The notes under the pieces were generated by a model. That model had not been told where the DNA came from and did not search any database. It saw only the letters and a program-made list of their open reading frames with translations. The position numbers and the translations under genes were made by a program. From an uncultured delta proteobacterium (lineage in GTDB: Bacteria; Myxococcota; Myxococcia; Myxococcales; Myxococcaceae), in the NCBI GenBank assembly GCA_963771175.1, contig CAVYSY010000032.1:128001-192000 (forward strand): a DNA stretch of 64,000 bases, written 5' to 3'. Below, one piece after another: positions 1-13,110 of the stretch (within the stretch, counting starts at the first letter, position 1; each line of letters starts with the position of its first letter).

Positions 1-236
1 CGTCGCCCACGAGGGTGTTGGCGCCGCCGCCGAGCACGGTGAGGGGCACGCCCTCCTCGCGCAGGAAGCGCAGCAGGGCCACCAGGGCCTCCGGCGAGCG
101 CGGGCGGACGAGCGCCTCGGCCGGGCCGCCCACGCGCACGCTCGTGAGGGGCGCGAGCGGCGCGTTCGCCGTCACGTCACAGCCGGACAGACGCCCCACC
201 CGCTCGGGCAGGGACGATGAGAGGACGCGCCACCAT
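1..236 (-). CDS. murB: UDP-N-acetylenolpyruvoylglucosamine reductase, N-terminal part (runs off window; probable frameshift near start)
   Basis: Minus-strand translation gives [21 protein letters not shown]...[14 protein letters not shown], the MurB FAD-binding N-terminus; lies directly after murC in dcw order. Confidence 0.85.
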
Positions 237-240
237 GCCG

Positions 241-1674
241 TTACGCGCCCTTCGCCGTTCCGTGCTGCTTGAGCAGCTCGAGCAGCTCCGGCCCCACCTG
301 GGTGATGTCGCCGGCGCCCAGGGTCAGGACGAGGTCGCCCTCGCGCAGCCGGGGCAGCAGCGTCTTCGCGACGTCCGCGCGCTTCTCCACGTAGGTGACG
401 TCGCGGTGGCCGTGGGCGCGGATGGCCTCGGCCAGCGCCTCGCCGGTGGCGCCGGGGATGGGCTCCTCGCCGGCCGCGTAGACGCTGGTGACGTAGACGC
501 ACGTCCGCGTCGTTGAAGGAGGTCGCGAACTCCTTCAGCAGGTCGTGGGTGCGCGTGTAGCGGTGGGGCTGGAAGGCCACCACGAGCCGCTTGCCGAAGG
601 CGCGCCGGGCGCCCGCGAGCGTGGCCTGCACCTCGGTGGGGTGGTGCCCGTAGTCGTCCACCACGGTGACGCCGGCCGCCTCGCCGCGCACGGTGAAGCG
701 CCGCTGCACGCCGCCGAACTCGGCGAGCGCGCCGCGCACCACGTCGAGGGGAATGTCCATCTCCTCGGCCACGGCGATGACGGCCAGGGCGTTGAGGGCG
801 TTGTGCGCGCCCACCATGCGCACGCGGAACTCGCCGAGCGGCTCGTCGCGCCGGAAGGCCTCGAAGCGGGTGGTGAAGCCCTCCAGCCGCACGCCCTCCA
901 GCCGGTAGTCCGCCATGTGCGAGCTGCCGTAGGTGACGAAGCGCTTCTCCAGGCGCGGCAGCAGCGACTGCACGTTGGGGTTGTCCAGGCACAGCACGTT
1001 GAGGCCGTAGAAGGGCACGCGGTTGCAGAAGGCCATGAAGGCGTCCTTCAGCTTGTCCAGCGTCGCCGTAGTGGTCCATGTGCTCGGGGTCGATGTTGGT
1101 GACCACGGCGATGGACGGGTGCAGGTGCAGGAAGCTGCCGTCGCTCTCGTCGGCCTCCACCACCATCAGCTCGCTCTGGCCCAGCCTGGCGTTGGAGTCG
1201 AGCACGTTCACCTTGCCGCCCACCACGGCCGTGCGGGTCCAGCCCCGCGGCGCTCAGCACGGTGGCCACCATGGAGGTGGTGGTCGTCTTGCCGTGGCTG
1301 CCCGCGACGGCGACGGCGTACTTGAGCCGCATCAGCTCGGCGAGCATCTCCGCGCGGGGGATGACGGGAATCTTCCGCTGGCGCGCGGTGACGACCTCGG
1401 GGTTGTCCTTGCGCACCGCCGAGGAGATGACGACCACGTCCGCCTTCACGAGGTTCTCCGCGCGGTGGCCCTCGAAGACGGTGGCGCCCAGGCGCTCGAG
1501 GCGGCGGGTCGTCTCACTGGCCTTGAGGTCCGAGCCGGACACCCGGTAGCCCAGGTTGAGCAGCACCTCGGCGATGCCGCTCATGCCGATGCCGCCGATG
1601 CCCACGAAGTGCACGTGCGCGGCATGGCGCGTCTTGAAGAGGCTCGCGGGCCTGGCGGGGCGGTTCGTCGTCAC
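241..1674 (-). CDS. murC: UDP-N-acetylmuramate--L-alanine ligase (several apparent frameshifts)
   Basis: [55 protein letters not shown] and [10 protein letters not shown] motifs spread over three frames; GTG start at 1674, TAA at 241-243. Confidence 0.93.
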
Positions 1675-1687
1675 GGGTGTCGTCTCC

Positions 1688-2908
1688 TCAGACCTGCTTC
1701 TCGTTGCCGCCAGCCTGCTGCTCGCCGCCAGCCTTCGGCTCGGTGCCGGGCTTCTTCTCCTTGCCCGGCTTCTTCGGGTTGGGGTCTTCACCCCGGGCCT
1801 CGGCCCGACCGGAGGGGCCGTACGTCTGGATCATCAGCTCCACGAGCACGTCCGCCAGCTCCTTGGCCGCCTCGGGACGCCCCAGCAGGCCCGCCTTCTT
1901 CTCCATCTGGCGGCGCTTCTCCGGGTCATCCTTGAGGCGGCGGATCTCCTGGGCGAGCTGCTGTCCCGTCAGCTCCGACTCGCGGAACATGAGGGCCGCG
2001 CCCGCCTTCACCAGCGCCTGGGCATTCACCTCCTGGTGGTTGTCCGTGGCGAAGGGGAAGGGAATGAGGATGCTGGCCTTCTTGGCCACCGTCAGCTCGG
2101 ACAGCGTGGTGGCGCCCGCCCGGCAGATGACGAGCTCCGCCCTGGCGTACGCGTCGGACATGTCCTCGATGTACTCCACCACCTGGGCCTGGGCGGTGAA
2201 GCCCTTGGCCGCGTAGCCCTGGCGCACCGTCTCGAGGTCCTTCTTGCCCGTCTGGTGCACGATGTGGAGCTGATCCTTGATGTCCTGCAGGTGGTCCAGC
2301 GCGTCGATCATCCGCTGGTTGATGCCGCGCGCCCCGAGGCTGCCGCCGAAGACGAGCAGGGAGAACTTCTCGTGCGCCACGCGCGAGCGCAGGAAGTTCT
2401 CCATCAGCGTGCGGCGGATGGGGTTGCCGACGAGCTGCACCTTGCGCGCGGGGAAGAAGGGGCGCGCCTCCTCGAAGGCGGTGAAGACGACGCGCACGAA
2501 CCGGCCGAGCACCTTGTTGGTGAGCCCCGGCAGCGCGTTCTGCTCCTGCACCGCGGTGGGGATGCCCATCAGCGCCGCGGCGAGCACCACCGGCCCGCTG
2601 GCGTAGCCGCCCACGCCCACCACCACGTCCGGCTTCTGGCGCTGGAGGATGCGGATGGACTCGATGAAGGCCAGGGGCAGCGCGAGCAGGCCCTTGATGA
2701 GGCCCACGAAGCCCTTGCCCTTGAGGCCCTGCGCCCGGATGGTCTCCAGCTTGTAGCCGGACTGGGGCACCACCCGCGCCTCGAGGCCGCGCTCGGTGCC
2801 CACGAACAGCACCTGGTTGGCGTGGTGCCGCGTCACCACCTCTTCGGCCAGGGCGATGCCCGGGTAGAGATGACCGCCCGTACCGCCTCCCGCGATGAGC
2901 ACCTTCAC
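1688..2908 (-). CDS. murG: Undecaprenyl-PP-MurNAc-pentapeptide GlcNAc transferase
   Basis: Intact ORF with [39 protein letters not shown] and HQEVNA motifs. Confidence 0.97.
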   Translation of the reverse strand: MKVLIAGGGTGGHLYPGIALAEEVVTRHHANQVLFVGTERGLEARVVPQSGYKLETIRAQGLKGKGFVGLIKGLLALPLAFIESIRILQRQKPDVVVGVGGYASGPVVLAAALMGIPTAVQEQNALPGLTNKVLGRFVRVVFTAFEEARPFFPARKVQLVGNPIRRTLMENFLRSRVAHEKFSLLVFGGSLGARGINQRMIDALDHLQDIKDQLHIVHQTGKKDLETVRQGYAAKGFTAQAQVVEYIEDMSDAYARAELVICRAGATTLSELTVAKKASILIPFPFATDNHQEVNAQALVKAGAALMFRESELTGQQLAQEIRRLKDDPEKRRQMEKKAGLLGRPEAAKELADVLVELMIQTYGPSGRAEARGEDPNPKKPGKEKKPGTEPKAGGEQQAGGNEKQV

Positions 2909-4074
2909 GCCGCCACCTCCCTCATGTCACCGCCGGAGCGAAAAGTCCGGTTGCCAGCGGGTTCCGCGCTGGCACTCAGCGAAAGCAATACACCGGCCGC
3001 ACCCATCAGCACCACCAGGGAGGTGCCCCCGTAGGACACGAAGGGCAGTGTCAGTCCTTTAGTCGGCAACAGGCCCATGGCCACGCACATGTTCACCGTC
3101 GCCTGGAAGGCAATGATGGAGGTGAGCCCCAGGCCCAGGTACGTGCCAAATGTCTCCGGGGCGGCGAGGCTCGCGCGGATGCCGCGCCAGATGACGATGG
3201 CGTAGAGCGACACCAGCAACACCACCCCCATGAGGCCCAATTCCTCGCCGATGATGGCGAAGATGAAGTCCGTGTGGGCCTCGGGCAGGAAGAAGAGCTT
3301 CTGCCGCCCGTCTCCCAGGCCCAGGCCGGTGAGGCCGCCCGAGCCGATGGACATGAGGGACTCGGCCACCTGGTAGCCGATGTCGTGCCGGTGGGCCCAC
3401 GGGTCCAGGAAGGCCAGCACTCGCTTCATGCGGTAGGGACTGGAGGCGATGGCCGCGTACGCCAGCGGCAGCGCCAGCAGCACCGAGCCCACCAGGTAGC
3501 TCACCTTGGTGCCCGCGGCGAACAGCAGCGCGAAGAGCAGGAACACCAGCAGCACCGAGCTGCCGAAGTCCGGCTGCAGCATGCACAGGCCCACCAGCAG
3601 GCCGCACAGCAGCAGGTGCGGCAGGAAGCCCACGGAGAAGGTGGCCACCTTCTCGCGCTTCTTGGCCAGCGAGTAGGACAGGTAGACGACCCAGGCGACC
3701 TTGGCCACCTCGGCCGGCTGCAGGCCGAAGCCCGGCAGGCGGATCCACCGCCGCGCGCCGCCCGCCGTGGTGCCGATGCCCGGAATCAGCACCAGCACCA
3801 GCAGCACCAGCGTCACCAGCAGCAGCGGATAGGCGAGCCGCGCCAGCCGGCGCCAGCCCACCTTCATCCCCACCGCCATCGCCACCACGCCCAGGCCGGC
3901 CGCCACGAGCTGCCGGTTGAGGAAGTAGAGGCTGTCACCCAGCTTGTCCTGGGCCATGACGGCGCTCGCCGAGTACACCATCACCAGTCCGAGCGAGACG
4001 AGTGACAGCACCGCGCACAGCAGCAGCGCGTCGAAGCGCACCGGGGCGGCGGAGGGAGCGGCGAGGACCTTCAT
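2905..4074 (-). CDS. ftsW: SEDS-family peptidoglycan polymerase FtsW
   Basis: Intact multi-TM ORF with GARRWI, QPAEVAK, QPDFGS, LPEAHTDFIF and LPTKGLTLPFVSYGGTS; between murD and murG. Confidence 0.96.
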   Translation of the reverse strand: MKVLAAPSAAPVRFDALLLCAVLSLVSLGLVMVYSASAVMAQDKLGDSLYFLNRQLVAAGLGVVAMAVGMKVGWRRLARLAYPLLLVTLVLLVLVLIPGIGTTAGGARRWIRLPGFGLQPAEVAKVAWVVYLSYSLAKKREKVATFSVGFLPHLLLCGLLVGLCMLQPDFGSSVLLVFLLFALLFAAGTKVSYLVGSVLLALPLAYAAIASSPYRMKRVLAFLDPWAHRHDIGYQVAESLMSIGSGGLTGLGLGDGRQKLFFLPEAHTDFIFAIIGEELGLMGVVLLVSLYAIVIWRGIRASLAAPETFGTYLGLGLTSIIAFQATVNMCVAMGLLPTKGLTLPFVSYGGTSLVVLMGAAGVLLSLSASAEPAGNRTFRSGGDMREVAA

Positions 4075-4089
4075 GGATTCAGAGCTCCC

Positions 4090-5456
4090 TCACGAGGCGT
4101 TTGAAGGTGTCGCCCCGGTGCTCGAAGTTCTGGAACTGGTCGTAGGAGGCACATGCAGGCGACAAAAGTACAGTGTCGCCGGATCTTGCCAGGGCCCTGG
4201 CCCGCCGTACAGCTTCCGCGAGCGTCCCGCAGGGATACACCGGGGCGCGTGCCCTCGTAGGCCTGGGCGAGGGTGTCGGCGTCCTGGCCGATGGTGAGCA
4301 CGCCCTTCACCTTGCCGCGCCCCTCGTCCACCATGGGCTGGTAGGGAGCGCCCTTGCCCTTGCCGCCGGCGATGAGGAGCACGTCCTTCTGGAAGGCGCG
4401 CAGGGCCACCAGCACCGAGTCCACGTTGGTGGCCTTGGAGTCGTTCACCCACTCCACGCCGTCCAGCACGCGCACGCTCTCCAGCCGGTGCGGCAGGCCC
4501 GGGTAGCTGTCCAGGCCCGCCTGCACGCCCTCGTGCGACACGCCCGCCAGCCGAGCCAGCAGCGCCGCCGCCATGGCGTTCTGTGTGTTGTGGGCCCCGC
4601 GCAGCGCACGGTTGGTGAGGGTGAAGGACTCGCCCTTGTCCCCTGCCCCCTCGAAGCGGAAGCCGCCGGGCCGAGCCACCGCCATGCCGGCCAGCTTGGG
4701 GGCCGCGGCCACCGGACGCCCGGTGAGGCTGAAGCCGTAGACGGGCACCTTCGCGGCCTCGGCCAGCCGCATCACGTCCGCGTCGTCCGCGTTCACCACG
4801 GTGAAGTCGCCCTGCGCCTGGTTGCGGAAGATGCGGGCCTTGGCCGCGCCGTAGGCCGCGTGGCTCTCGTACCGGTCGATGTGGTCCGGCGTGAGGTTGA
4901 GGATGGTGGAGCCGCGGGGCCGCAGCGCGTCGATGCCCTCGAGCTGGAAGCTGGAGAGCTCCACCACCAGCGCGTCCCACTCGCCGGGCGTGAGGGCCGC
5001 CTCGGCCAGCGGACGCCCGAGGTTGCCTCCCACGAAGGTGCGCTGCCCACCACTCTGGAAGAGCTCGCCGGTGAGCGCCGTGGTGGTGCTCTTGCCGTTG
5101 GTGCCGGTGATGCCGAGCAGCGGCACGTGCGAGAGGTAGCGCCCGGCCAGCTCCACCTCGCCCCAGACGGGCACGCCCGCGGCGCGCGCCTTTTGAATCT
5201 CCGGCAGCGCCAGCGGCACGCCCGGGCTCACCACCACGAGCTGCTGCGACTCCAGCAGCCCCGGCGGCGTGGGCCCGGTGACGAGCGTCACGCCCTGCGC
5301 CTTCAGCTCGCGCGCCGTCTCGCCCAGCGCCTCCTCGGTGCGAGCGTCCAGCGCCGTCACCCGCGCGCCCTTCGCCACCAAGAGACGGATGGCGGCCAGC
5401 CCGCTCTTGGCGAGCCCATACACCACTACCTTGCGGTCCTTCAGGTCAGGCGTCAT
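4090..5456 (-). CDS. murD: UDP-N-acetylmuramoyl-L-alanine--D-glutamate ligase (frameshift near C-terminus)
   Basis: [39 protein letters not shown]; the C-terminal [12 protein letters not shown] segment is in a shifted frame. Confidence 0.95.
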
Positions 5457-5472
5457 GCGCGCCTCCCTCTGC

Positions 5473-6656
5473 CTAGCGCAGCTTGAGCGACAGGAGCGCC
5501 ACGCCTCCGCAGAGGATGGCGACGATCCAGAAGCGGACGATGATCTTCGGCTCGGCGATGCCCTTGAGCTCGAAGTGGTGGTGCACCGGCGCCATCTTGA
5601 AGACGCGCTTGCCGGTGAGCTTGAAGGACGTCACCTGGATCATCACGCTGAGGATCTCCGCGAAGAAGACCCCGTGGATGATGGCGGACACCACCTCGTT
5701 CTTGGACAGCACCGCCAGCCCACCGAGCGCGCCGCCCAGCGCGAGCGAGCCGATGTCGCCCATGAAGACGGAGGCCGGGTAGGCGTTGAACCAGAGGAAC
5801 GAGATGCCCGCGCCCACGATGCTGGCGCAGAAGACGGCCAGTTCCGCGCCGCCGGGCACCTCGGGGACGCCCAGGTAGCTCCACAGGGGCTCGCCCACCA
5901 CGCGCGCGACGCCCCCCACCGTCTCCACGTTGGCGATGCGCGTCGCCGAGCCCGCCACGTAGCAGAGGATGGTGAAGGTGGTGGCCGCGATGATGGTGGG
6001 CATGATGGCCAGACCGTCCAGGCCGTCGGTGATGTTGACGGCGTTGGACGTCCCCACCACCACGATCCAGCGCGAAGAAGACGTAGAACCAGCCGAAGTC
6101 CGGGTTGAACCGGTGCGTGGGCACGAAGGGCAGCGTCAGCCGGGTGTCGATGAGCAGCTTCGGCCCGCTGAAGGACCCGTCCGGCCCCGTCCACGTGCAC
6201 ATCAACCCGAAGACGGCCACCAGGTAGAAGACCGTCTGGAGGACCATCTTGTACCGGCCGGCCAGCCCCTTGCGAGTTGCGCTTGGACAGCTTCAGCCAG
6301 TCGTCCAGGAAGCCGATGAAGCCGTAGCCCAGGGTGAGCAGCAGCGCCGCCCACACCGCGCGGCTCTTCAGGTCCGCGAAGACGAAGGTGCCCACCGCGA
6401 TGCACAGCAGGATGAGCGCGCCGCCCATGGTGGGCGTGCCCTTCTTCTTCTGGTGCGTGTCCGGGGTGTCCTCGCGCACGTTGCTCTGGCCGTGCTGCTT
6501 GAGGCGCAGCCGGGCGATGAGCCTCGGGCCGACGAGCATGCCCAGCAGCAGCGAGGCCACGCCCGCCGCGACGATGCGGAAGGTGGGGTAGCGCAGGAAG
6601 TTGAGCAGCCGCCCCGCGTCCGTGTCCTTGATCCACTCGTAGATGAGGAAGAGCAC
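5473..6656 (-). CDS. mraY: Phospho-N-acetylmuramoyl-pentapeptide transferase (frameshifted)
   Basis: [38 protein letters not shown] and [10 protein letters not shown] motifs across frames. Confidence 0.94.
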
Positions 6657-8068
6657 TCAGTGGCTTCCTCCAGGCGCAGCGGCACCGGTGAGGCCCGCGA
6701 CGACCCGCTCGAGCCGCATGCCGCGGCTCGCCTTGACCAGCACCACGTCCCCCTGCGCTTCAGCTGCGGCATCAGCCAGGACAACAGCGGCTCGACCTCG
6801 GTGAAGTGCGCCGCGCGCTCTCCCAGCCCCGCCGCCTCGTACGCCCTTGCGCGAGCGCGGCCCGAAGAACGCCACGAGCTGCGCCTTGCTCGCCGCGAGC
6901 GCACCCAGCTGCGTGTGCTCCTCCAGCTCGCCCGGCGCCCAGCTCCAGCATGTCTCCGAGCACCGCCACCGCCCGGCCACCGGGCTGCACCAGCGAGCGC
7001 AGCGTGTCCAGCGCCGCGGCCATGGAGGCGGGGTTCGCGTTGTAGCAGTCGTCCACCACGGTGGTGCCGTGCAGGCCATCCACCACGTTGAGCCGGCGCG
7101 CGTACGGCCTCGCCGCCTCCAGTCCCTTCACGCACTCCTCGGGGGAGTAGCCGAGCGCCAGGGCCAGCGCGAAGGCGCCGGTGGCGTTGAGGGCGTTGTG
7201 CTCGCCGATGAAGGACAGCTTCACCGGCCAGTCCTTGCCCTGCGTGCCGCACGGTGATGTGCAGCCCCTCGCGGCCGCGCGGAGCTGACCGCCGCGAGCC
7301 GCACGTCCGCGCTGCGTCGGCGCGGCCGAAGCCGAGCTTCTTCGCCCGGCTGCGCGCCGCCTGCTCGGGGATGAGCGGGTCGTCCACGTTCACCACCGCC
7401 ACGGCCTCGGGCGGAAGCTCCGGAACAGCTCGCCCTCGGCCTCGGCCACGCCCTCGATGCTGCCCAGCCCCTCCAGGTGCTCGGGCTGCACGACGGTGAT
7501 GAGGCCCGCGTCCGGCCGGACGACGCGGGTGAGCCGGGTGATTTCGCCGGGCTGGTTCATCCCCGTCTCGATGACCGCCGCCACGTGCGAGGACTCCAGG
7601 CGGAAGAGCGTGAGCGGCACCCCCACCTCGTTGTTGAGGTTGCCCTCCGTCTTCAGCGCGGGGCCGCGCGTGGCGAGGATGGCGCCCACCATCTCCTTGG
7701 TGGTCGTCTTCCCGTTGGAGCCGCCCACCGCGCCCACCGGAATCCGGAAGCGCTGGCGGTGCGCATGCGCGCCAGCGCCCCGAGCGCCGCCAGGGTGTCC
7801 TCCACCTCGTAGAGGACGAAGCCCTCGGGGAGCTGCGGGGAGTGCCCGGCCCTGCTTCACCACCGCCCCGGCCGCCCCACCGCTGGCGGCCTGGGCGAGG
7901 AAGTCGTGCGCATCGAAGCGCTCGCCCTGGAGCGCCACGAAGAGACAGCCCGGGCTCGAGGGCCCGAGTGTCGGTGCAGACGGCCGGGAACTCCGCCGCG
8001 GGCCTGCCGCCCCGCCGGGTGGCCCCGGTCGCCTGCACCACCTGCTCATCGGTGAATCGTGCGGCCAT
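6657..8068 (-). CDS. murF: UDP-MurNAc-tripeptide--D-Ala-D-Ala ligase (multiple frameshifts)
   Basis: [51 protein letters not shown] and [12 protein letters not shown] fragments. Confidence 0.92.
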
Positions 8069-8094
8069 AGAGGCTGCGGGAGCGGCTTCTCCGT

Positions 8095-9629
8095 TCAGGT
8101 GCGGATGGCGAGCGCCCGGGCCGCGACCTCGCGGTCGTCGAAGGCGATGCTTCTCGGCACCGACCTGCTGGTAGGTCTCGTGCCCCTTGCCGGCGATGAG
8201 CACCACGTCGTCCTCCTTGGCGAGCGCGATGGCCGTCTCGATGGCGGCCTTGCGGTCGCTCTCCACCAGGTAGCCGCTTCTCGCCGCTCTTGGCCTTGCC
8301 CGCGCTGATGCGGCGCAGGCCGCTCTTCTCCAGGCCCGGGGTCACCTGGGCGATGATCTCCTCCGGGTCCTCGTTGCGCGGGTTGTCGCTGGTCACCACC
8401 GCCAGGTCCGCGCCCTCGCCGGCCACCGCGCCCATCAGCGGACGCTTGCCCTCGTCGCGCTCGCCGCCGCAGCCGAACACCACGATGACGCGGCCCTTGG
8501 CCATGGCCCGCGCCGCCTCCAGCGCGCGCTTGAGGGCGTCGTCCGTGTGCGCGTAGTCCACCAGCACGGCGGGAGCCGCCCACCGGACCTGGTCTCCACG
8601 CGCTCCATGCGGCCGGGCACGCCCGCCATGCGCTCGATGCCGTCCTGCACGTCCTGCGCCGCGCGAAGCCCGCGCCCAGCGCGATGCCCGCCGCGGCGAG
8701 GATGTTCTCCAGGTTGTGCGGCCCGAGCAGCTGGCTCTTCACCGGGATGTCACCCGCGGGCGTCTTCAGCGCGCCCTTGATGCCCTGCAGGCGTGAAGGT
8801 CAGCGTCCGCGACGGAGATCTCCCCGTGCCCTGGCGGCTGAACTTCCACGCCATGCGCTTCTGGCCGCGCAGCTCGTTGTAGATGCGGCTCGCCGTAGGT
8901 GTCGTCGCCGTTGACCACCGCCACGCCGCCCTGGGAGCAGGTTCTCCACGAAGAGCTTGCGCTTGGCCTGGAAGTACTCCTCCAGGTCCTTGTGGTAGTC
9001 GAGGTGGTCGCGCGTCAGGTTGGTGAAGGCGGCCGCGCTGAAGGTGAGGCCGTGCACCCGCTCCTGCACCAGCGCGTGGCTGCACACCTCCATCACCACC
9101 GTCTCGATGCCCGCGTCCACCATCTCGCGGAGGATGCGGTGCAGCTCCAGCGGGTCCGGCGTGGTGTGCGGCGTCGTGGGGTGTGAACTGGCCGCCCAAG
9201 CGCTTGTAGCCCAGCGTGCCGATGACTCCCGTGGAGGCGTAGGCCGCGGTGGCCATCGCCTCGCAGCAGGTAGGTGGTGGTCGTCTTGCCGTTGGTGCCG
9301 GTGACCGCCCAGCAGCGTGAGCTGCTCGCGCCGGGCGGCCGTAGAAGTTGGCCGCGATGAGCGCCAGCGCCTTGCGGGCGTTGGACACCTTGAAGAAGGG
9401 CACCTGCGAGGCCGACCGGCTTCTCCGGCCACCACCGCCACCGCGCCGCGGCTGAACGGCCTCGCCCACGAACTGGGCGCCGTCCTCCTTCGTGCCCGGC
9501 ACGGCCACGAACAGGTCGCCCGGCTTCACCTTGCGCGAGTCCTGCGTCACCCCCGTCACGTCCACCGCGGTCCGGCCCACCCGAGGTCTGCTCGGCACCA
9601 CACCCTGCCAGGACATCCGTCAGCTTCAT
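8095..9629 (-). CDS. murE: UDP-MurNAc-dipeptide--diamino acid ligase (multiple frameshifts)
   Basis: [64 protein letters not shown] and [10 protein letters not shown] fragments; DNPR motif suggests meso-DAP specificity. Confidence 0.92.
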
Positions 9630-9684
9630 CGTTTCCCCTTCAACATGCTTGCTGCAAGCGCGAGGCCGAGCTCCGAGTGCGGCC

Positions 9685-11730
9685 TCATTGCCGCGTTGCC
9701 AGCTCGAACGTCACCCGCGCACCCTTCTCCACCAGCGCACCGGCGGCGGGAGTCTGCGAGACCACGCGTCCACTACCCAACAGCTGAGGCTCCAAGGCCG
9801 AGGCGAGCAGCTTGCGTCACCGCCTCGCGCCCTGCCTGGCCGACGACATCCGGAACGCGGATGGAGCCCGGCTCCACGTTCTCGGGGAGCACTTCTATCC
9901 ACCATGGGCCGGACCGGCGTCCGCCTTCAGGAGGCAGGCTGCCGGCCCCTGGCCGCCACCGGCAGAGCGCGTGGCACGGCAGCGGCACCTCGCGCGAGGG
10001 CGGGACGGCCAGGTGCGCCATGGCGGCTGTGAGCGATTTCCTTGAAGGCAGGGGCGGCCACCAGCCCCCCGTACACGTCCGTCTTCGGCTCGTCCACCAC
10101 CACGAGGATGACCAGCGCGCGGCTCCTCGGCCGGCACCATGCCCACGAAGGAGGCGATGCGCTTGTCCGAGTACCCCCGCGCCACGGGGTCCGCCTTCTG
10201 CGCGGTGCCCGTCTTGCCGGCCACCCGGTAGTCCTCCATGGCGGCCTTGGGGGCGGTGCCCTCCTTGGTGACCACGCTCTCCAGCATCCGGAGACGACCT
10301 GGCGCGCCGTCTTGGGGCCGACCGACCTGGCGCACCTCGGTGGGCCGGTTCTCCAGCAGCACCACGCCGTCCGGGTCGACCACCTTGGAGACGAGGTAGG
10401 GGCGCATCAGCACGCCGTCGTTGGCCAGCGCGCCGTAGGCGGCGGCCATCTGCACCGCGGTGGCCGTCATCCCCTGGCCGAAGGACTGGGTGGCCAGCGA
10501 GATCTCCGCCTTGGGGAAGGGCATCGACGCCGCGGCCCTCGCCCGGCAGCGCCAGCCCGGTGCGCTCGCCGAAGCCGAAGGCGTGGTAGGCCTTCACCAG
10601 CCGCTCGCGCCCCAGCTGCTGGGCGATCTTCGGCCGCGCAGATGTTGCAGGAGACCTGCAGCACGCCCTGCGGGGTGAGCCAGCCGTACTGGTGGGTGTC
10701 GTGGATGGTGTGCCGCCCGATGCGCCACGCGCCGTTCTCGCAGAAGAAGGTGTCGTCGGGCTTGACGGGCCTCGTCCTCCAGCGCGGCGGCGACGACGAA
10801 GGCCTTCATCGTCGAGCCGGGCTCGAAGGTGTCGAGCGCGGCGCGGTTGCGGATGCTGGCCTCGGGCCTCCGTCTCCGGCGTGTTGGGGTTGAAGCGCGG
10901 GTCGTTGGCGAGGGCGAGGATCTCGCCCGTGCGTCGGGTCCAGCACCACCGCCATGCCCGCCACCGCCCTTGGCCTCGTCCACCGCGCGGGACAGCGCCT
11001 TCTCGGTGACGTACTGGAGGTGCCGGTCCAGGGTGAGGGTGACGGAGGCGCCCTGGCGCTCGATGGGGTCCGCGGTGCCGCCCTGGGACGAGCAGCTTGC
11101 GGCCCTTGGCGTCGCGCAGGCCGGACAGGCGCGAGTTCTGCCCGCTCAGCTCGTCGTCGAAGGCCAGCTCCAGGCCCTCCAGCCCGTGGCCGTCGAGGCC
11201 CACCATGCCCACCACGTGCGCGCCCAGCTCGCGCTGCGGGTAGAAGCGCTTGGGCTCCTTGGTGAAGCCGATGCCCGGCAGCCCGAGCGCCTTCACCGCC
11301 TCCACCTCGCGCGGGCGTCACCTGGCGCTTCACCCAGGCGAAGCGCTTCGCGCGCGCGCGAGCCGCGCCGTGCAGCGTCCTCCGGGTCCAGCTTCAGCGC
11401 CTTGGCCAGCGCGCGCGCGGCCTGCTTCACGTCCGGCAGCATGGAGGGGTCCACCCAGACGGAGTCCACCTCCACGCTCTGCGCGAGCGGCGCGCCGCGC
11501 CGGTCGAAGATGTCACCGCGGCGGGCGGGGATCTCGATCTGCCGGACGTACTGGTCCTGCGCGAGCCCGCGCAGCTTGCTCGCGCTCGAACACCTGCAGC
11601 ATCACCGCGCGCCCAAGCGCCACGGCCAGCAGCAGGGCCAGGAAGAGCGCCGGCCAGCAGCCGCACCCGCAGCCGCAGCCAGCGCCCCGCTGGGGGGCTC
11701 CGGCGCCCGCGCCGTCTTGAAGTCCCTCAC
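9685..11730 (-). CDS. ftsI: Class B penicillin-binding protein FtsI/PBP3 with C-terminal PASTA domain (multiple frameshifts)
   Basis: RGDIFDR, KRFYPQ, GLEGLE, FEPGSTMKAF (SxxK), SCN, VAGKTGTAQK motifs and VPDVVGQ PASTA start; located between ftsL and murE. Confidence 0.9.
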
Positions 11731-11740
11731 CGAAGAGCCC

Positions 11741-12175
11741 TCAGCGCGACCCGGTGCGCTCCGCCACCGCACGCCGCGCGCGTCGCGGGCCTCCACGCGA
11801 GCGGTGCGCTTGTTGCCCGGCAGGCTCCGGCGCCAGGGCGACGCGCGCCGGCCCGCGGGCAGCGCCATGCCCAGCTTCTCGCGCGCCAGCTTCTCCAGCC
11901 GCGCCGGGGTCTTGAGCGTGGCGAGCTCCAGCTTCAGCCGGTCGTTCTCGCGGTGCAGGGCGCGGCTCTCGGCCTCGGCGCTTGGAGAGCCGGTAGCCCG
12001 CGTCCACCACCAGCACGCGGCCGGTCACGTGGACGATGCCCACCGCCGCGAACGAGGGCGAAGAGGGCCACGGCGGGCAGCAGGTGCAGCAGCACGCCGG
12101 CCACGGACACGCTCCACGTGCCCGCGTGCGGAAGCGCTGCCGTGCGAGCGCTCTCCGGCTTGACCGCGTGCTCAT
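11741..12175 (-). CDS. ftsL: Cell division protein FtsL-like (single TM plus coiled coil; frameshifted)
   Basis: Position between rsmH and ftsI; hydrophobic segment followed by [28 protein letters not shown]. Confidence 0.8.
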   Translation of the reverse strand: MSTRSSRRALARQRFRTRARGACPWPACCCTCCPPWPSSPSFAAVGIVHVTGRVLVVDAGYRLSKRRGREPRPAPRERPAEAGARHAQDPGAAGEAGAREAGHGAARGPARVALAPEPAGQQAHRSRGGPRRARRAVAERTGSR

Positions 12176-13110
12176 CGGATCCGCTCCACCGCGCGCAGGT
12201 GCGCGCTGCGGGCACCGGGGGTTGGCGTCGAAGCTTCCTCGTCCGAGGCGGCGAGCGCCTTGCGCGTGACCAGCGGCGAAGTCCCCCTGCCGTCGCCGCA
12301 GGCGCACACCGGCAGCCCGGGCGGGCAGGTGCACGGCGCCCACCAGCGCGCGGAAGGCCTCCTTCACCCGCCGGTCCTCGAGCGAGTGGAAGGAGATGAC
12401 GGCGGCGCGCCCGCCCACCTTCAGCAGCGTGGGCAGCGCGGCGAGCAGCGCGTCCAGCGCCTCCAGCTCGCCGTTCACCGCCATGCGCAGCGCCTGGAAG
12501 GTGCTTGGTGGCCACGTGGATCTTCTTGGGCCAGGCCTGCGCGGCACCGCGCGCTTGACGACCTCGGCCGCCTCCAGGGTGCGCGTGGGCGGGGCGCGCT
12601 TGAGCTCGCGGGCGATGCGCCCGGCGAAGGGCTCCTCGCCGTACTCGCGGAGGATGCGGCGCGAGCTCCGCCTCGTCCTCGTCCGCGATGAGCTCGGCGG
12701 CGGTGCGGCCCGCTGTCCCCCATGCGCATGTCCAGCGGCCCGTCGCTCTGGAAGGAGAAGCCGCGCTCGGCCACGTCGAGCTGGGGCGAGGACACGCCCA
12801 GGTCCACCAGCACGCCGTCCACCGGCAGCACGTCCGAGGCCAGCTCGAGCAGGTCGCCGAAGTTGCCCTGGCGGGCGCTGAAGCGCGGGAAGCCGGCGAG
12901 CCGGGCGCGCGCGCGGCCTGCGAGCGCCACGCGGGTCGCGGTCCACGCCGATGACCGTCGCACCCCGGGCGCAGCAGCGCCTCGCGTGTGGCCGCCGCCG
13001 CCCAGCGTGCCGTCGACGATCACCGTCCCCGCTCCCGGTCGAAGCACGTCCACCGCCTCCTTCAGGAGGACGGTCTGGTGGCTGAAGTCAGCCAAGGGGC
13101 GCTCCGGCAT
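12172..13110 (-). CDS. rsmH: 16S rRNA m4C1402 methyltransferase (frameshifted)
   Basis: [52 protein letters not shown] and [13 protein letters not shown] motifs. Confidence 0.93.
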
